Position numbers and translations under genes: made by a program. The notes under the pieces are model-generated. The model was not told the DNA's origin, made no database searches, and saw nothing but the letters and a program-made list of their open reading frames with translations. DNA of 64,000 nucleotides from Candidatus Latescibacterota bacterium (GTDB lineage Bacteria > Latescibacterota > UBA2968 > UBA8231): the NCBI GenBank assembly GCA_965200315.1, contig OZ241362.1, forward strand, positions 2,592,001-2,656,000, given 5' to 3'. The stretch's first letter is position 1; every line of letters starts with the position of its first letter. Shown here one piece after another: positions 47,608 to 58,034 of the stretch.

Positions 47608-48366
47608 ATGAAGGCGAGTCAGTCAGAGCTTGACTTTGGCATGAGCAGGGGCAGGACGCCATCTGGCCGGAAAAGCCCCGATGGAAACGCCACGACAAAC
47701 CTAGTATTCTCCGCTCATATCGGAAATAACGCGGATATGTTCCCGGCAGTTTTAAGGCTGCACATTGAGGAAGGCGCCAAAATCGCCGATGTGACATTTG
47801 GCAAGGGCGTCTTCTGGCGCAACGTCGATACTTCAAGATACGACTTGCATCCGTCAGACCTCGCGGACGGCACAGACTGTCGCAATCTCCCTTATGAAAA
47901 TGAGTCATTCGATGCGCTCGTCCTCGATCCGCCCTACATGGAAGGGTTCTTCCGCAGTGGAAACGCGATCAAAGCAGGCGCGGGGACACATAATGCCTTT
48001 CGAGATCACTATTCCAATGGGCATGAGGCACCGAGGCACGGTGGCGGGAAGTGGCACGCTGCGGTTGTAGAACTCTATGAGGATAGCGGTCGCGAGGCCC
48101 ACCGAGTGCTGCGCGACCGAGGCGTATTGATCGTAAAGTGTCAAGATGAGGTCAGCGCTAATCGCCAGAACCTGACCCACGTTGAAATTATCAACGCCTA
48201 CGCCGAGCTTGGATTCTTCTGCAAAGATTTATTCGTCGTCGTTCGCCCAAACAAACCAGGAATGAGCCACGTTCTCAAGCAGGTCCACGCAAGAAAGAAC
48301 CACTCCTACTTTCTTGTATTTGTAAAAGTCCCAAAGGGCAAGACCGCGAATCAGATGCGCTCCTGA
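47608..48366 (+). CDS. Amino (N6-A/N4-C) DNA methyltransferase
   Basis: Motif [11 protein letters not shown] followed by motif IV DPPY; AAGGA RBS before ATG 47608. Confidence 0.82.
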   Translation: MKASQSELDFGMSRGRTPSGRKSPDGNATTNLVFSAHIGNNADMFPAVLRLHIEEGAKIADVTFGKGVFWRNVDTSRYDLHPSDLADGTDCRNLPYENESFDALVLDPPYMEGFFRSGNAIKAGAGTHNAFRDHYSNGHEAPRHGGGKWHAAVVELYEDSGREAHRVLRDRGVLIVKCQDEVSANRQNLTHVEIINAYAELGFFCKDLFVVVRPNKPGMSHVLKQVHARKNHSYFLVFVKVPKGKTANQMRS

Positions 48367-48954
48367 ATAATCTCATTCATAAGCGTGAAAGGCTCGTCGC
48401 TGAATGGCGGACTTGGAGGCCAAGAGACGGTTACAGACGGTTACAAGAGTCGCCAAAAGGTGCTGGCGCTGGTATGGGGTGTACTTCTTATAGCTAGACG
48501 TGGGAAGGTCCGAATTCTTGGCGAAGACAAACCGCCACTTCTCTTCAAACGCAAATACATTGACAGCGAGAATATCAAACCCCCCCTTTAGCAGACACGT
48601 TGTCGTTACGCGGCTGTTGTCTGGAAGCACTACCTCCCGGCGATCACTCGCATCGACTTGAGCCTTTCCCTTCCATCCTTCTTCGGTCTTCTCGATCATC
48701 GCGCTCTGTAGCGATTTCGATTCAAAGATGAACTCTTGGCCCTTGTACCGGATGACTCGGTCGCCTTTCTTCTTTCTATCGTGGTCATCGTGCTTGATAA
48801 CCTCTGAAACGTCGTCGCCTGACAGCCAGAGCTTTTCGAGCTTGAGTTCCGCCAAGTAACCCAGAATCATGCCGCGGCGGCTAGGGTTTTGCTCTACTAG
48901 CTCCGTAAGCTCTTCCGGAGTCACATCCCATCTGTCGAGAATCGTTTCGGGCAT
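48351..48954 (-). pseudogene. Probable type II restriction endonuclease, frameshifted near the 3' end
   Basis: GD....ESK PD-(D/E)xK-like motif; convergent with the MTase; tandem GACGGTTACA x2 at 48426-48445 shifts the frame, and removing one copy restores ...[25 protein letters not shown] at 48351. Confidence 0.72.
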
Positions 48955-48987
48955 ATTGGTGCCTCTCAAGCCTGCTATGCCATTCCC

Positions 48988-50070
48988 CTACACCGACGGC
49001 AATTGCGGCACGACTTGGTTGGCGAGCAAATCCATCGAGCGTTCCCACAGCGGCCGGTCGTCCCAGTCGTGGGCGATCATCAGCAGCGTGTCAAAGCCCC
49101 CGGTCGTCTCCCACAAGCCCGCTAGCTGATCTGCACACGACTGCACGTCGCCTATTATGCACAAGTTTCTGATCAGATACTCGGGCGTGACCGCCTCGTC
49201 GGGAACGTCCGGGTCGTGCTTGGTAATGTAGAGCATTTTGGCCGCGCTGAGTACGGCGATCAGGTATTCAAAGGCGCGGTTGAAAGCACTCTTTTCGTCG
49301 AGGGCGTAGTCCCAAGCACGCGCTTCGTCATCGGCGACGAGGATGCTGCGCGAGATGCGCCAGCGAGTGCGCTCGGGCGCGGGCAGACCGGCCTCGGTGG
49401 CTCCGGCGCTATAGGTCTGCCAGTGCTGAGTCAAAGTCGTATCCGCGACGAGGTTGGTGCTGATGGGCAGATAGCCCCGCTGGCCGGCCATAGTCGCGGC
49501 CATGGAGTCGCCTCTTATCACGCTCATGCCAATGGGCGGGTGCGGCGGCTGGTAGGGCTTGAGCAGTTCGCCGATGCCGAGCTCGGGTTGCGGATCCTCA
49601 ATTTTGATGCGGTAGAAATCCCCGGCAAAGTCAAAAGGGGCCTCCGACTGCCAGAGCTTGAGGACCATGTCGATGCTCTCGACGGTCATCAGCCCTTGCG
49701 TCTTGGGATCGGGCAGGTCAAAAAGGCCCCAGTCGGTGGCGACGCCGCCTTGGCCGAAACCGCAGTTGAAGCGGCCCTTGGAAAGGTGGTCGAGATAGGC
49801 CAGCCGCACCGCGACGTTGACCGGGTGGTGCTGCGGCATGATGGAGACGCCCGTGCCCAAGCGGATGTTTTGCGTCTGGGGCAAGACGTGGGCGATGAAG
49901 AGGTCGTTGGACGGGATCGGCTCCCAAGCGACAGTGTGGTGCTGGCCGATCCAAGCCTCGCTAAAGCCGAGCCGGTCGGCGCGGACGACGAACTCGACGT
50001 CTTCGGCAAAGCATTCGGTGCGGTCTTTTTCTGGGGGATGCAAGGGCATCATAAACGTGCCGAGTTTCAT
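48988..50070 (-). CDS. LLM-class flavin-dependent oxidoreductase (luciferase-like monooxygenase)
   Basis: MKLGTFMMPLHPP, LGFSEAWIGQHH, IRLGTGV, HPV.VA..LA.LDHLS.GR. Confidence 0.92.
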   Translation of the reverse strand: MKLGTFMMPLHPPEKDRTECFAEDVEFVVRADRLGFSEAWIGQHHTVAWEPIPSNDLFIAHVLPQTQNIRLGTGVSIMPQHHPVNVAVRLAYLDHLSKGRFNCGFGQGGVATDWGLFDLPDPKTQGLMTVESIDMVLKLWQSEAPFDFAGDFYRIKIEDPQPELGIGELLKPYQPPHPPIGMSVIRGDSMAATMAGQRGYLPISTNLVADTTLTQHWQTYSAGATEAGLPAPERTRWRISRSILVADDEARAWDYALDEKSAFNRAFEYLIAVLSAAKMLYITKHDPDVPDEAVTPEYLIRNLCIIGDVQSCADQLAGLWETTGGFDTLLMIAHDWDDRPLWERSMDLLANQVVPQLPSV

Positions 50071-50114
50071 GGGAATCTTCCTCTAAAAGCGATGTAAGTG
50101 CAGTGTTTTTTAGC

Positions 50115-51449
50115 TTAATATCCCAACTCCCGCTCCATTTCCCCCACCACCTCGGCAATCACCCGAGCGACTTCCGCGACCTGCTCTTCACTAATGGTAA
50201 AGGGCGGGCTGATGGCAATGTGATCGCCGCTGACGCCGTCGATCAGCCCGGGCGAACCGGGCATGATCAACACGCCTTTGGCAAAGGCGCGTTGAACGAC
50301 CGCGGAGGTGATGCCCTGCTGAGGGTCAAAGGGCGCGTGGGTCGCCTTGTCGCGGGCGAATTCGACGCCGGTCAGCAGGCCCTTGCCGCGCACCGCACTG
50401 ACTATGGGCGAGTCCATTAAGGGCTGCATCTTCTCTAGCATCAGGTCGCCCATCTGCGCGCAACGAGTGACCAAGTCGTGGTCTTGGATATAGTTCTGCA
50501 CGGCGAGGGCAACAGCGCAAGAGAGTGGATTGCCGCCGTAGGTGTGTCCGTGGACGTAGTGGTTTTGCTTTTTGTAAATCCCGTCGTAGATCTCGTCGCG
50601 GACTAGGGTGGCGGCAATGGGCGTGTACCCGCTGGCGAGGCCCTTGCCAGTGGCTATGATATCTGGAATGGCGTCCCAGTGCTCAATGCCGAAATTGAGG
50701 CCCGTGCGTCCGTAGCCGGTAACCACTTCGTCGACGATCATCAGGATGTTGTAGCGGTCGCATATCGCGCGGATAGTGGGGAAGTAGTCGGGCGGCGGCA
50801 TCAGGCCGCAGCAAGAAGTGCCCGAGATCGGCTCGGCGATAAAGGCAGAGATGTACTCGCTGCCCTCTTGTTTGATAACCCGCTCCAGCTCTTCGGCGCA
50901 GGCCAGCGTACAGGCGGGTCGATCTTGGCAGTACGGGCAGTGAGCCGGACGGGGAAAGGTGATGTGTGGGAAGTCGAGCAAATAGGGCACGTAATCCTCG
51001 CGCCAAGTGGAACGGCCCGACATGGAAAGCGCACCAATGGTGTTGCCGTGCCAGCTCTGCCAGCGGGTGATGACTTTGTACTTCTTCGGATTGCCAGTCT
51101 CGACGTGGTACTTGCGCGCTATTTTGAGCGCGGACTCTGTGGCTTCGGACCCGCCAGAGACGAAAAAGACGCGGTTGATGTCGCCGGGGGCTATGGCGGC
51201 GATTTTGTCGGCGAGGTCGATTTGCGGTTGGGTGAGGAAGCGGGCGTAAGTAAAGCAGACCTTGTTGGCCTGCTCCTGCATGACCTCAGCTATCTCCGGG
51301 ACGCCGTGGCCGATGGAGACCACGTGGACGCCGGCGCAGGCATCGAGGTACGCGCGGCCGTCCTCGGCGTAGAGGTAGCAGTCTTTGCCGTGGGAAATCT
51401 GCGGCCAGTTGTCGGTAATGACGCGGTGGAAAATGCGGTCGGTGGTCAT
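50115..51449 (-). CDS. Class III PLP-dependent aminotransferase
   Basis: SGGSEA.E.A.K, SWHG.T, AFIAEP, DEV.TG.GRTG, GKGL, HGHTYGGNP. Confidence 0.93.
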   Translation of the reverse strand: MTTDRIFHRVITDNWPQISHGKDCYLYAEDGRAYLDACAGVHVVSIGHGVPEIAEVMQEQANKVCFTYARFLTQPQIDLADKIAAIAPGDINRVFFVSGGSEATESALKIARKYHVETGNPKKYKVITRWQSWHGNTIGALSMSGRSTWREDYVPYLLDFPHITFPRPAHCPYCQDRPACTLACAEELERVIKQEGSEYISAFIAEPISGTSCCGLMPPPDYFPTIRAICDRYNILMIVDEVVTGYGRTGLNFGIEHWDAIPDIIATGKGLASGYTPIAATLVRDEIYDGIYKKQNHYVHGHTYGGNPLSCAVALAVQNYIQDHDLVTRCAQMGDLMLEKMQPLMDSPIVSAVRGKGLLTGVEFARDKATHAPFDPQQGITSAVVQRAFAKGVLIMPGSPGLIDGVSGDHIAISPPFTISEEQVAEVARVIAEVVGEMERELGY

Positions 51450-51616
51450 GAATCCGTCCTTTGTTTGTAGTAATGACAAGGCCCCGAAGATACGAATTCC
51501 CAAGAGGCCAGCATAGGGCGCGGCCTATTTTGGCGGCTATTCGGGGTGCAACCCGCTCAATGTCTCGATATGTTTCTCATACATACCGATGCGCAACGTC
51601 AGCGAGATACAAACAG

Positions 51617-53782
51617 GTGATATTGCAAAAAAATTGTAGGCGAGTGCTAGCGGCGTGGCTGCTGTTGGCGGGCACAGCACAAGCGGCGACCCTGAGCGGC
51701 TTTGTCTCCGACGCCGACAGCGGCGAAGCCTTGACCCGCGCCACTGTCGTAGTCCAAGGACTTCAACTCGGGGCGGTCAGCAACAACAGCGGCTACTATG
51801 CGGTCGTGCAAGTACCGGCTGGCACCCACGTGGTGAGCGCGTCGCACACAGGCTACCAGACCCGGTGGGACACACTGCACTTTGGTTCCCACGAGGCCGA
51901 GCGGCTCAACCTAGCACTGGTGCCCAAGCCGACGGACCTCGGAGAGCAGGTCTCGGTGGAGGCCGAGCGCATCAGCCTCCGCGCCAAGCCAGTGCAACAG
52001 TTGCCCGCCCTCGGCGAGGCCGACCTCTTGCGCAGCTTACAGCTTTTGCCGGGCATCCAAGCGGTTGCGGATATCAGCAGCGGCCTGTACGTGCGCGGCG
52101 GTAGCCCCGACCAGACAGCCATCCTCCTCGACGACATTCCCCTGTACAATCCCTCCCACCTGTTCGGACTTTTCTCGACCTTCAATCCAGACGCCATCAA
52201 GGAGGTCAATCTGTACAAGGGGGCCTACCCGGCGGCGTACGGCCGCACGCTCGGGGCCGTGCTCGACGTGAGCAACCGCGAGGGCAATCGCAAGCGCACC
52301 AGCGGACGCGGTGGCGTGAGCCTGATTTCAGGCCGCTTGCTCACCGAGGGGCCTGTCGGTCAAGGCTCGTGGATGCTGGCCGGTCGCCGCACCTACTTGG
52401 ACGGCGTGTTCAGCACCCTCCGCGCACGCGGGGAAGACATCCCGTTGAACTATTTCTTTTACGACCTAAACGGCAACATCAACCAGCAGCGGGGCGACGA
52501 CACCTACGCCGCGAGCGCGTACTGGGGCCAAGACGACCTGCGGATTGAGCTAGAAGACGACCGAGAATCCTTCGTCGATATGCGCTGGGGCAACCGCGCT
52601 CTGACTGTGCACTGGACGCGCGCGTTCTCGCCGGTCCTGTTCGGCCACCTTATGGCCGCCGAATCGTCGTCCGAAAGCATCATCGCGCTCCATTTCCTCG
52701 ACGCGCCCGTCCGCATCGCCAACAGCATTCGCGACCTCTCGCTCAAAGGCGACTTGGATTACTTCGCCAACCGCCACCACACGCTTTCTTTGGGCCTCTT
52801 GGCCACCTTGTTCGAGTTTCACTTTGTCCGGTCTTTCAACGAGCGGACCCAGCTCGACTTGCGCCAAGAGCCGGTGCTGTTGGAAGGCTACGTGCAGGAC
52901 GAGTGGCGGCCCGGGCCGGCCACGCTGGTGCGATTGGGTGGACGGGGAACGTACTTCAGCATAGGAGACCGCTGGCATTTCGCCCCGCGGCTGGCCCTGA
53001 GTCAAGCGCTGAGCGACAAAGTCCGGGTCAAGGCCGGCGGCGGTGTGTATCGCCAACACCTGCAACTGATCACTACGGAAGCCTTCAGCGGCGGCGATTT
53101 CTGGGTGCCGCTCGACAGCACCGTCGAGCCGGGGCGCTCCTATCAGGCCGTCACCGGCGTCGAGTGGACCCTTTCACCGCGCTACCAGCTTTCCGTGGAT
53201 GCCTATTACACGGCTCTCGACAACCTTGTAACCGTAGATACCGAACTGCCTGATGACAACGAGGACACGCACTCGGAAGCGGTGTTCAAAAGCGGTGGCA
53301 CGGGCTGGGCGAGGGGGGTCGAGGTCTTTTTGCAACGTCGCACCGGCGCACTCACCGGGTGGATCGGCTACGCGCTCGGTTGGACGCGGCGGACATTCCC
53401 CGAACTCAACGATGGCCAGCCCTTTCCCCCCAAGCACGACCGCCGCCACGACCTGTCTTTTGTCGCCTCCTACGAGATGGGCGCATGGCGGCTCGGCGCG
53501 AACCTAGCGTATGCCACTGGGCAGGCATTTACACCGGTTTCCGAATCGCCTGCCCAGCGCAACAGTGCCCGCCTGCAGCCCTATCACCGCCTCGATGTCA
53601 GCGTTAGCCGGTCGTTCGCCCTGCGGGGAGTCGCCAGCGAGTTTTACGTACAGATATTCAATGTGTACAGCCGCCGCAACGAATGGTTTGTACAGCTTGA
53701 TTCGGTCTATCCCGAAGTCGATCCGCGCAAGATCAAACAATTGCCCATAATCCCCACGCTGGGCTTCAATTTCTCTTTTTAA
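51617..53782 (+). CDS. TonB-dependent receptor with N-terminal carboxypeptidase-regulatory-like domain (copy 1)
   Basis: LSGFV.DA.SGE.L; plug motifs LQLLPG, YVRGG..DQ, YKG.YPA.YG; HDRRHD; C-terminal GFNFSF; start uncertain (GTG 51617 chosen). Confidence 0.88.
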   Translation: MILQKNCRRVLAAWLLLAGTAQAATLSGFVSDADSGEALTRATVVVQGLQLGAVSNNSGYYAVVQVPAGTHVVSASHTGYQTRWDTLHFGSHEAERLNLALVPKPTDLGEQVSVEAERISLRAKPVQQLPALGEADLLRSLQLLPGIQAVADISSGLYVRGGSPDQTAILLDDIPLYNPSHLFGLFSTFNPDAIKEVNLYKGAYPAAYGRTLGAVLDVSNREGNRKRTSGRGGVSLISGRLLTEGPVGQGSWMLAGRRTYLDGVFSTLRARGEDIPLNYFFYDLNGNINQQRGDDTYAASAYWGQDDLRIELEDDRESFVDMRWGNRALTVHWTRAFSPVLFGHLMAAESSSESIIALHFLDAPVRIANSIRDLSLKGDLDYFANRHHTLSLGLLATLFEFHFVRSFNERTQLDLRQEPVLLEGYVQDEWRPGPATLVRLGGRGTYFSIGDRWHFAPRLALSQALSDKVRVKAGGGVYRQHLQLITTEAFSGGDFWVPLDSTVEPGRSYQAVTGVEWTLSPRYQLSVDAYYTALDNLVTVDTELPDDNEDTHSEAVFKSGGTGWARGVEVFLQRRTGALTGWIGYALGWTRRTFPELNDGQPFPPKHDRRHDLSFVASYEMGAWRLGANLAYATGQAFTPVSESPAQRNSARLQPYHRLDVSVSRSFALRGVASEFYVQIFNVYSRRNEWFVQLDSVYPEVDPRKIKQLPIIPTLGFNFSF

Positions 53783-53879
53783 CAGCGGAATCCAAAGTCG
53801 GCGACAAAGGCCCTTCCCCATCTCGCCGGATACGTATCAGCCCACAACTCGCACTACATAGTATATTGAATTAATCGTA

Positions 53880-53952
53880 TGTCTAATTTATGTCTAAAAA
53901 TTTAGAAAAATATCTTGACATATAATAGACAAATAATTACACTTATTAGACA
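53880..53952 (+). promoter_or_regulatory. sigma70 promoter overlapped by a CarH/LitR-type operator array
   Basis: TTGACA 53915-53920, 17 bp, TACACT 53938-53943; TAGACA at 53926 and 53947; inverted TGTCTA at 53880 and 53891; spacing about 11 bp. Confidence 0.78.
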
Positions 53953-53999
53953 AAGGACGCCAAAAGTGGCTCCATAACCTTTACGTAGGAGGAAGTCGC

Positions 54000-54542
54000 A
54001 TGAATATCGCCCGCATTACCACGCTCATGGCCTTAGCATTTTTGATTTGGACAGGCCCGGCCCAAGCGCAAGATGGGGATATCGTCGATGTTGCCATCGG
54101 AGCTGGCACTTTTAATACGCTGGTCGCTGCGGTTCAGGCTGCCGACCTCGTCGATGCGCTCAAAGGTGAAGGTCCCTTAACCGTCTTCGCCCCCACGGAC
54201 GAGGCATTCGCCGCGTTGCCCGAGGGCACGGTCGAGTCGCTGCTATTGCCCGAGAACCAGGAACTACTAACCTCCATCCTGCTGTATCACGTCGTCGCTG
54301 GTTCGGTCATGGCCGCCGATGTAGTGGAGTTGGATTCGGCTACCACCCTCAATGGTGCCTCGGTTGATGTCAGCGTCAGCGACAGCGGCGTGATGATCAA
54401 CAATGCCAATGTCGTCCAAGCGGATGTGGCCGCTAGTAATGGCGTAATCCACATCATTGATGCGGTGCTCCTGCCGCCGTCGCCGCCTGCTACAGCCGTT
54501 GAGGGCAGTACTTGGGGTGCTGTCAAGCAGCAAGCCCGCTAA
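54000..54542 (+). CDS. Fasciclin (FAS1) domain protein with C-terminal [12 protein letters not shown] tail
   Basis: [30 protein letters not shown]; AGGAGG RBS; signal peptide. Confidence 0.94.
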   Translation: MNIARITTLMALAFLIWTGPAQAQDGDIVDVAIGAGTFNTLVAAVQAADLVDALKGEGPLTVFAPTDEAFAALPEGTVESLLLPENQELLTSILLYHVVAGSVMAADVVELDSATTLNGASVDVSVSDSGVMINNANVVQADVAASNGVIHIIDAVLLPPSPPATAVEGSTWGAVKQQAR

Positions 54543-54559
54543 ACCAGTACACTCGGCCT

Positions 54560-54601
54560 GAGATCCCCCAACACAACCGTTTTATTGTGTTGGGGGATCT
54601 C
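54560..54601. terminator. 17-bp stem-loop after the fasciclin gene
   Basis: GAGATCCCCCAACACAA ... TTGTGTTGGGGGATCTC perfect stem; no clear U-tract. Confidence 0.6.
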
Positions 54602-54784
54602 GTCCTCTCCGCTGGGAATCAACTCTCACCTATTCGACTAACAAAAACGAAGTCAATGGCATTGAGGACGATCTCGGCATGGCTGCTCTTTTTTGCCCAA
54701 ATTAGACCGCTCACATATCTATTCGGCATCTGACTGCTTCACTCTACTTTTGCGCGGGGACAACGGGACCTACATTCAACACCT

Positions 54785-55741
54785 ATGGAATTGACGCCGC
54801 GACATCCCATCAAAGTAGTAGTGCGGCGGACCGGGCTTTCGGCCCATGTCATCCGCGTTTGGGAAAAGCGCTATCAAGCCGTGATGCCGGCGCGGACGGA
54901 GACCAATAGACGGCTTTATTCGGACGAGGACATCGCACGCCTACAGTGGTTGCAGCAGGCGGTGCAGGCCGGAAATAGCATTGGCCAAATTGCCCATCTT
55001 CCCACGCCCGAACTGGCGAACCTGGTCCATGCGGAGCAAGCAGCGGCCCCGTTGGCCCAGAGGGTGCCCAATGGAGAGGGCGCGGAGAAAGCCCCTAGCC
55101 AATTCATCGAACAAGCCTTAGTCGCAGTACAAAGGCTAGACGCGGTCTCGCTCGAAAATCAGTTGAACCGAGCCTCTATCGCGTTGAGCCAGCGGCATCT
55201 GATCGAAGAAGTAGTCCAGCCGCTGATGGAGCGCATCGGTCAGATGTGGCAGGAGGGCATCTTGCGAGTGGCCGACGAGCACATGGCCTCAGCCGTGGTG
55301 CGCAACTTTATCGGCAATATGCGGGCCAGTTTCCAAGTAGCGGAGGCCGCTCCCCGCGTCGTCTCCACCACGCCCGCGGGGCAATTGCACGAGATGGGAG
55401 CTTTGCTCGCTACAGTCGTAGCCACGTCAGAAGGCTGGAGTTCGACGTTTCTGGGCCCCAACCTACCGGCCGAAGAAATAGCCAGAGCCGCCGCGCAAAG
55501 GGGTGCCAAGGCCGCGCTTCTCAGTATAATCTATCCGGGCGACGATCCCCATCTAGGCGGCGAGTTGCTCAAGTTGCGCCAACTGCTTGGCGACGACATG
55601 GCCCTGTTGGCCGGTGGCCGGGCCGCTCAGCATTACCGGCCTTTTCTCGAGCGGGCCGGGGCTATCACTCTAGCCAACCTGAGCGACTTGCGCGATTCCT
55701 TGAGTCTTTTGCGCCAAGAAACTATACTGGACCAAGGTTGA
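54785..55741 (+). CDS. MerR-family regulator with cobalamin-binding domain (CarH/LitR-like photoreceptor)
   Basis: MerR HTH IRVWEKRY..P.RT..RRLYS; Wx9EH (WQEGILRVADEH); QLHEMG; LGPNLP; GG motif. Confidence 0.88.
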   Translation: MELTPRHPIKVVVRRTGLSAHVIRVWEKRYQAVMPARTETNRRLYSDEDIARLQWLQQAVQAGNSIGQIAHLPTPELANLVHAEQAAAPLAQRVPNGEGAEKAPSQFIEQALVAVQRLDAVSLENQLNRASIALSQRHLIEEVVQPLMERIGQMWQEGILRVADEHMASAVVRNFIGNMRASFQVAEAAPRVVSTTPAGQLHEMGALLATVVATSEGWSSTFLGPNLPAEEIARAAAQRGAKAALLSIIYPGDDPHLGGELLKLRQLLGDDMALLAGGRAAQHYRPFLERAGAITLANLSDLRDSLSLLRQETILDQG

Positions 55742-55787
55742 AAGCACCTGTTTTATAAAAACAACATTTAGTAGATAGAGAGATCGA

Positions 55788-56753
55788 ATGGAACATATAG
55801 AGGTCGAAGACAGAGTGCGGCCACTTAAAGGCTGGCGGCTGGCCTTACTGCGCTGGTTTAAGGGCGATGCCGCCGTGGTCGCCGCAGTCGGCGAAAACGA
55901 GCGGCAGGTCGATTGGGTGCGCATGCTGCCTTTTGTGGCTCTGCACTTGAGTTGCCTCGGGGTTTTGTGGGTCGGCTGGAGTCCGGTGGCCGTGGGGGTG
56001 GCCGTTGTGGCCTACTGGGTGCGGATGTTCGCCATAACCGGGTTTTACCACCGCTACTTTTCGCACCGTGCGTTCAAGACCTCGCGGCCTGTGCAGTTTC
56101 TCTTTGCCGTGCTGGGCAATACAGCCGTGCAACGCGGGCCGTTGTGGTGGGCCGGGCACCACCGCCACCACCATCGCCACTCCGATGGTGCCCACGACGT
56201 GCATTCGCCCAAGGAGCACGGTTTTTGGTGGAGCCACGTATTGTGGATCACCTCGCGGTCGAATTTCCCCACCCGTTTGTACAATGTCCGCGACTTGGCC
56301 CGTTTCCCTGAATTGCGCTTTCTCGACCGCTTCGACATCATCGTGCCCGCTTTGCTGGCGATGGGCATGTACGCCTTGGGAGACTATTGCGGACGCCGCT
56401 TTCCCGCGTTAGATACCAGCGGCTGGCAGATGTTGGTCTGGGGCTTTTCCATTTCCACCATCGTCTTGTTCCACAGCACCTGTACCATCAATTCGCTCTC
56501 CCATCTTTTTGGTAGCCGCCGCTTTGCCACCCAAGATCACAGCCGCAATAACATCTGGCTGGCCCTCATCACTATGGGCGAAGGCTGGCACAACAACCAC
56601 CATTATTACCCGGGTGCGGCGCGGCAGGGTTTTTACTGGTGGGAGTTCGATCCGACCTATTACCTGCTCAAAGTGCTGTCTTGGGTCGGCCTAGTGCGCG
56701 AGCTCAGGCGCGTGCCCGAGCAGGTGTACGACCGGGCCGTCAGCCGACGATGA
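55788..56753 (+). CDS. Membrane acyl-CoA (delta-9-like) desaturase
   Basis: His boxes HRYFSH, HRHHH, HNNHH; GEGW. Confidence 0.93.
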   Translation: MEHIEVEDRVRPLKGWRLALLRWFKGDAAVVAAVGENERQVDWVRMLPFVALHLSCLGVLWVGWSPVAVGVAVVAYWVRMFAITGFYHRYFSHRAFKTSRPVQFLFAVLGNTAVQRGPLWWAGHHRHHHRHSDGAHDVHSPKEHGFWWSHVLWITSRSNFPTRLYNVRDLARFPELRFLDRFDIIVPALLAMGMYALGDYCGRRFPALDTSGWQMLVWGFSISTIVLFHSTCTINSLSHLFGSRRFATQDHSRNNIWLALITMGEGWHNNHHYYPGAARQGFYWWEFDPTYYLLKVLSWVGLVRELRRVPEQVYDRAVSRR

Positions 56754-58006
56754 AACCAAGGCGGCGCATCGCCGTGGTGGGCGGCGGCATCTCCGGCTTG
56801 GTGGCGGCCTATCTGCTGCACCCTGACCACCACGTCGCGCTGTTTGAAGCCAACGATTATATCGGCGGCCATACCCACACCTTAAAAGCGCAGCAGGACG
56901 GGAGCACTTATGCGGTGGATACGGGCTTTATCGTCTTCAACGAACCCAACTACCCGCAGTTCAATCGCTTGCTACAGCGTTTGGGGGTGGTCTCCCAGCC
57001 GACGCAAATGGGGTTCAGCGTCAAGTGCGGCCGCACGGGTTTGGAATACGCCAGTACGCCGCTGAGTAGTCTGTTGGCCCAACGGCGCAACGCACTGCGA
57101 CCTTCGTTCTACCGCATGTTGGCCGACCTCGTGCGCTTCAACCGCGAGGCCCCGGAGCTATTGGGCTCTGCCAATGACGCGACAACCCTCGGAGACTATC
57201 TGGCCGACAACGGCTATTCTGAGGCTTTTGTCCAACACCACATTATCCCGTTAGGGGCGGCCCTGTGGTCGGCACTGCCCGACCGCATGTACGAATTCCC
57301 AGCCCGCTACTTCGTCCAGTTTTTCGCCAACCACGCCTTTTTGCAAGTGCGCGGGCGGACGCTGTGGCGCGTCATCAAAGGGGGCTCGCAGTGCTACGTC
57401 AAGGCCCTGATTCGCCCCTTTAGGGCGCACATTCGGGCCAATTGCCCTGTGGCTTCTGTGCGGCGCTTGCACCAAGGAGTGGAAGTGCGCCCCCGAGTTG
57501 GCACCCCCGAGTGCTTCGACGAGGTCATCTTGGCCGTTCACAGCGACCAAGCCCTGCGGCTGTTGGCCGATCCAACCCCGGCCGAGCGCCGAGTGCTGAG
57601 CGCCATGCCCTATCAGGCCAACGATGTCGTCCTGCACACCGACGCTTCCTTGTTGCCCGAGCGCCGCCGCGCTTGGGCTAGCTGGAATTACTACATCCCG
57701 CCCGACAAGGGATGCCCCGCCACCGTCACTTATAATATGAATATCCTCCAAAGCCTAGAGAGCCGCCGGCCTTTTTGCGTCAGCCTCAACCGCACCAACG
57801 ACATTGCGCCACAGCGGATCATCGCCCGCATGACCTATCATCACCCCATCTATTCGCCGGCCGCGGTGGCCGCGCAAAAGCAACGGTCGCACATCGACGG
57901 GGTCGATCGCATCCACTACTGCGGGGCCTATTGGGGTTTTGGTTTTCACGAGGACGGGGTGGTCAGCGCCTTGGCCGTGACGCAGCGTTTTGGCAAGACG
58001 CTATAG
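56750..58006 (+). CDS. FAD-dependent oxidoreductase (UfaD/RSP_1091-like)
   Basis: GGGISG, GGHTHT, VDTGFIVFN..NYP, WASWNY, GAYWG.GFHEDG; ATGA overlap with the desaturase. Confidence 0.88.
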   Translation: MKPRRRIAVVGGGISGLVAAYLLHPDHHVALFEANDYIGGHTHTLKAQQDGSTYAVDTGFIVFNEPNYPQFNRLLQRLGVVSQPTQMGFSVKCGRTGLEYASTPLSSLLAQRRNALRPSFYRMLADLVRFNREAPELLGSANDATTLGDYLADNGYSEAFVQHHIIPLGAALWSALPDRMYEFPARYFVQFFANHAFLQVRGRTLWRVIKGGSQCYVKALIRPFRAHIRANCPVASVRRLHQGVEVRPRVGTPECFDEVILAVHSDQALRLLADPTPAERRVLSAMPYQANDVVLHTDASLLPERRRAWASWNYYIPPDKGCPATVTYNMNILQSLESRRPFCVSLNRTNDIAPQRIIARMTYHHPIYSPAAVAAQKQRSHIDGVDRIHYCGAYWGFGFHEDGVVSALAVTQRFGKTL

Positions 58007-58034
58007 AGCCATGGGTCGCCGTTAGAGGTGCTAG

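Noticed and set aside
51450-51616. Cobalamin riboswitch or BtuB assignment for the TonB receptor near the B12 regulator
   Set aside because: No B12-box or riboswitch motifs are recognisable upstream, and the receptor architecture is not diagnostic of BtuB.
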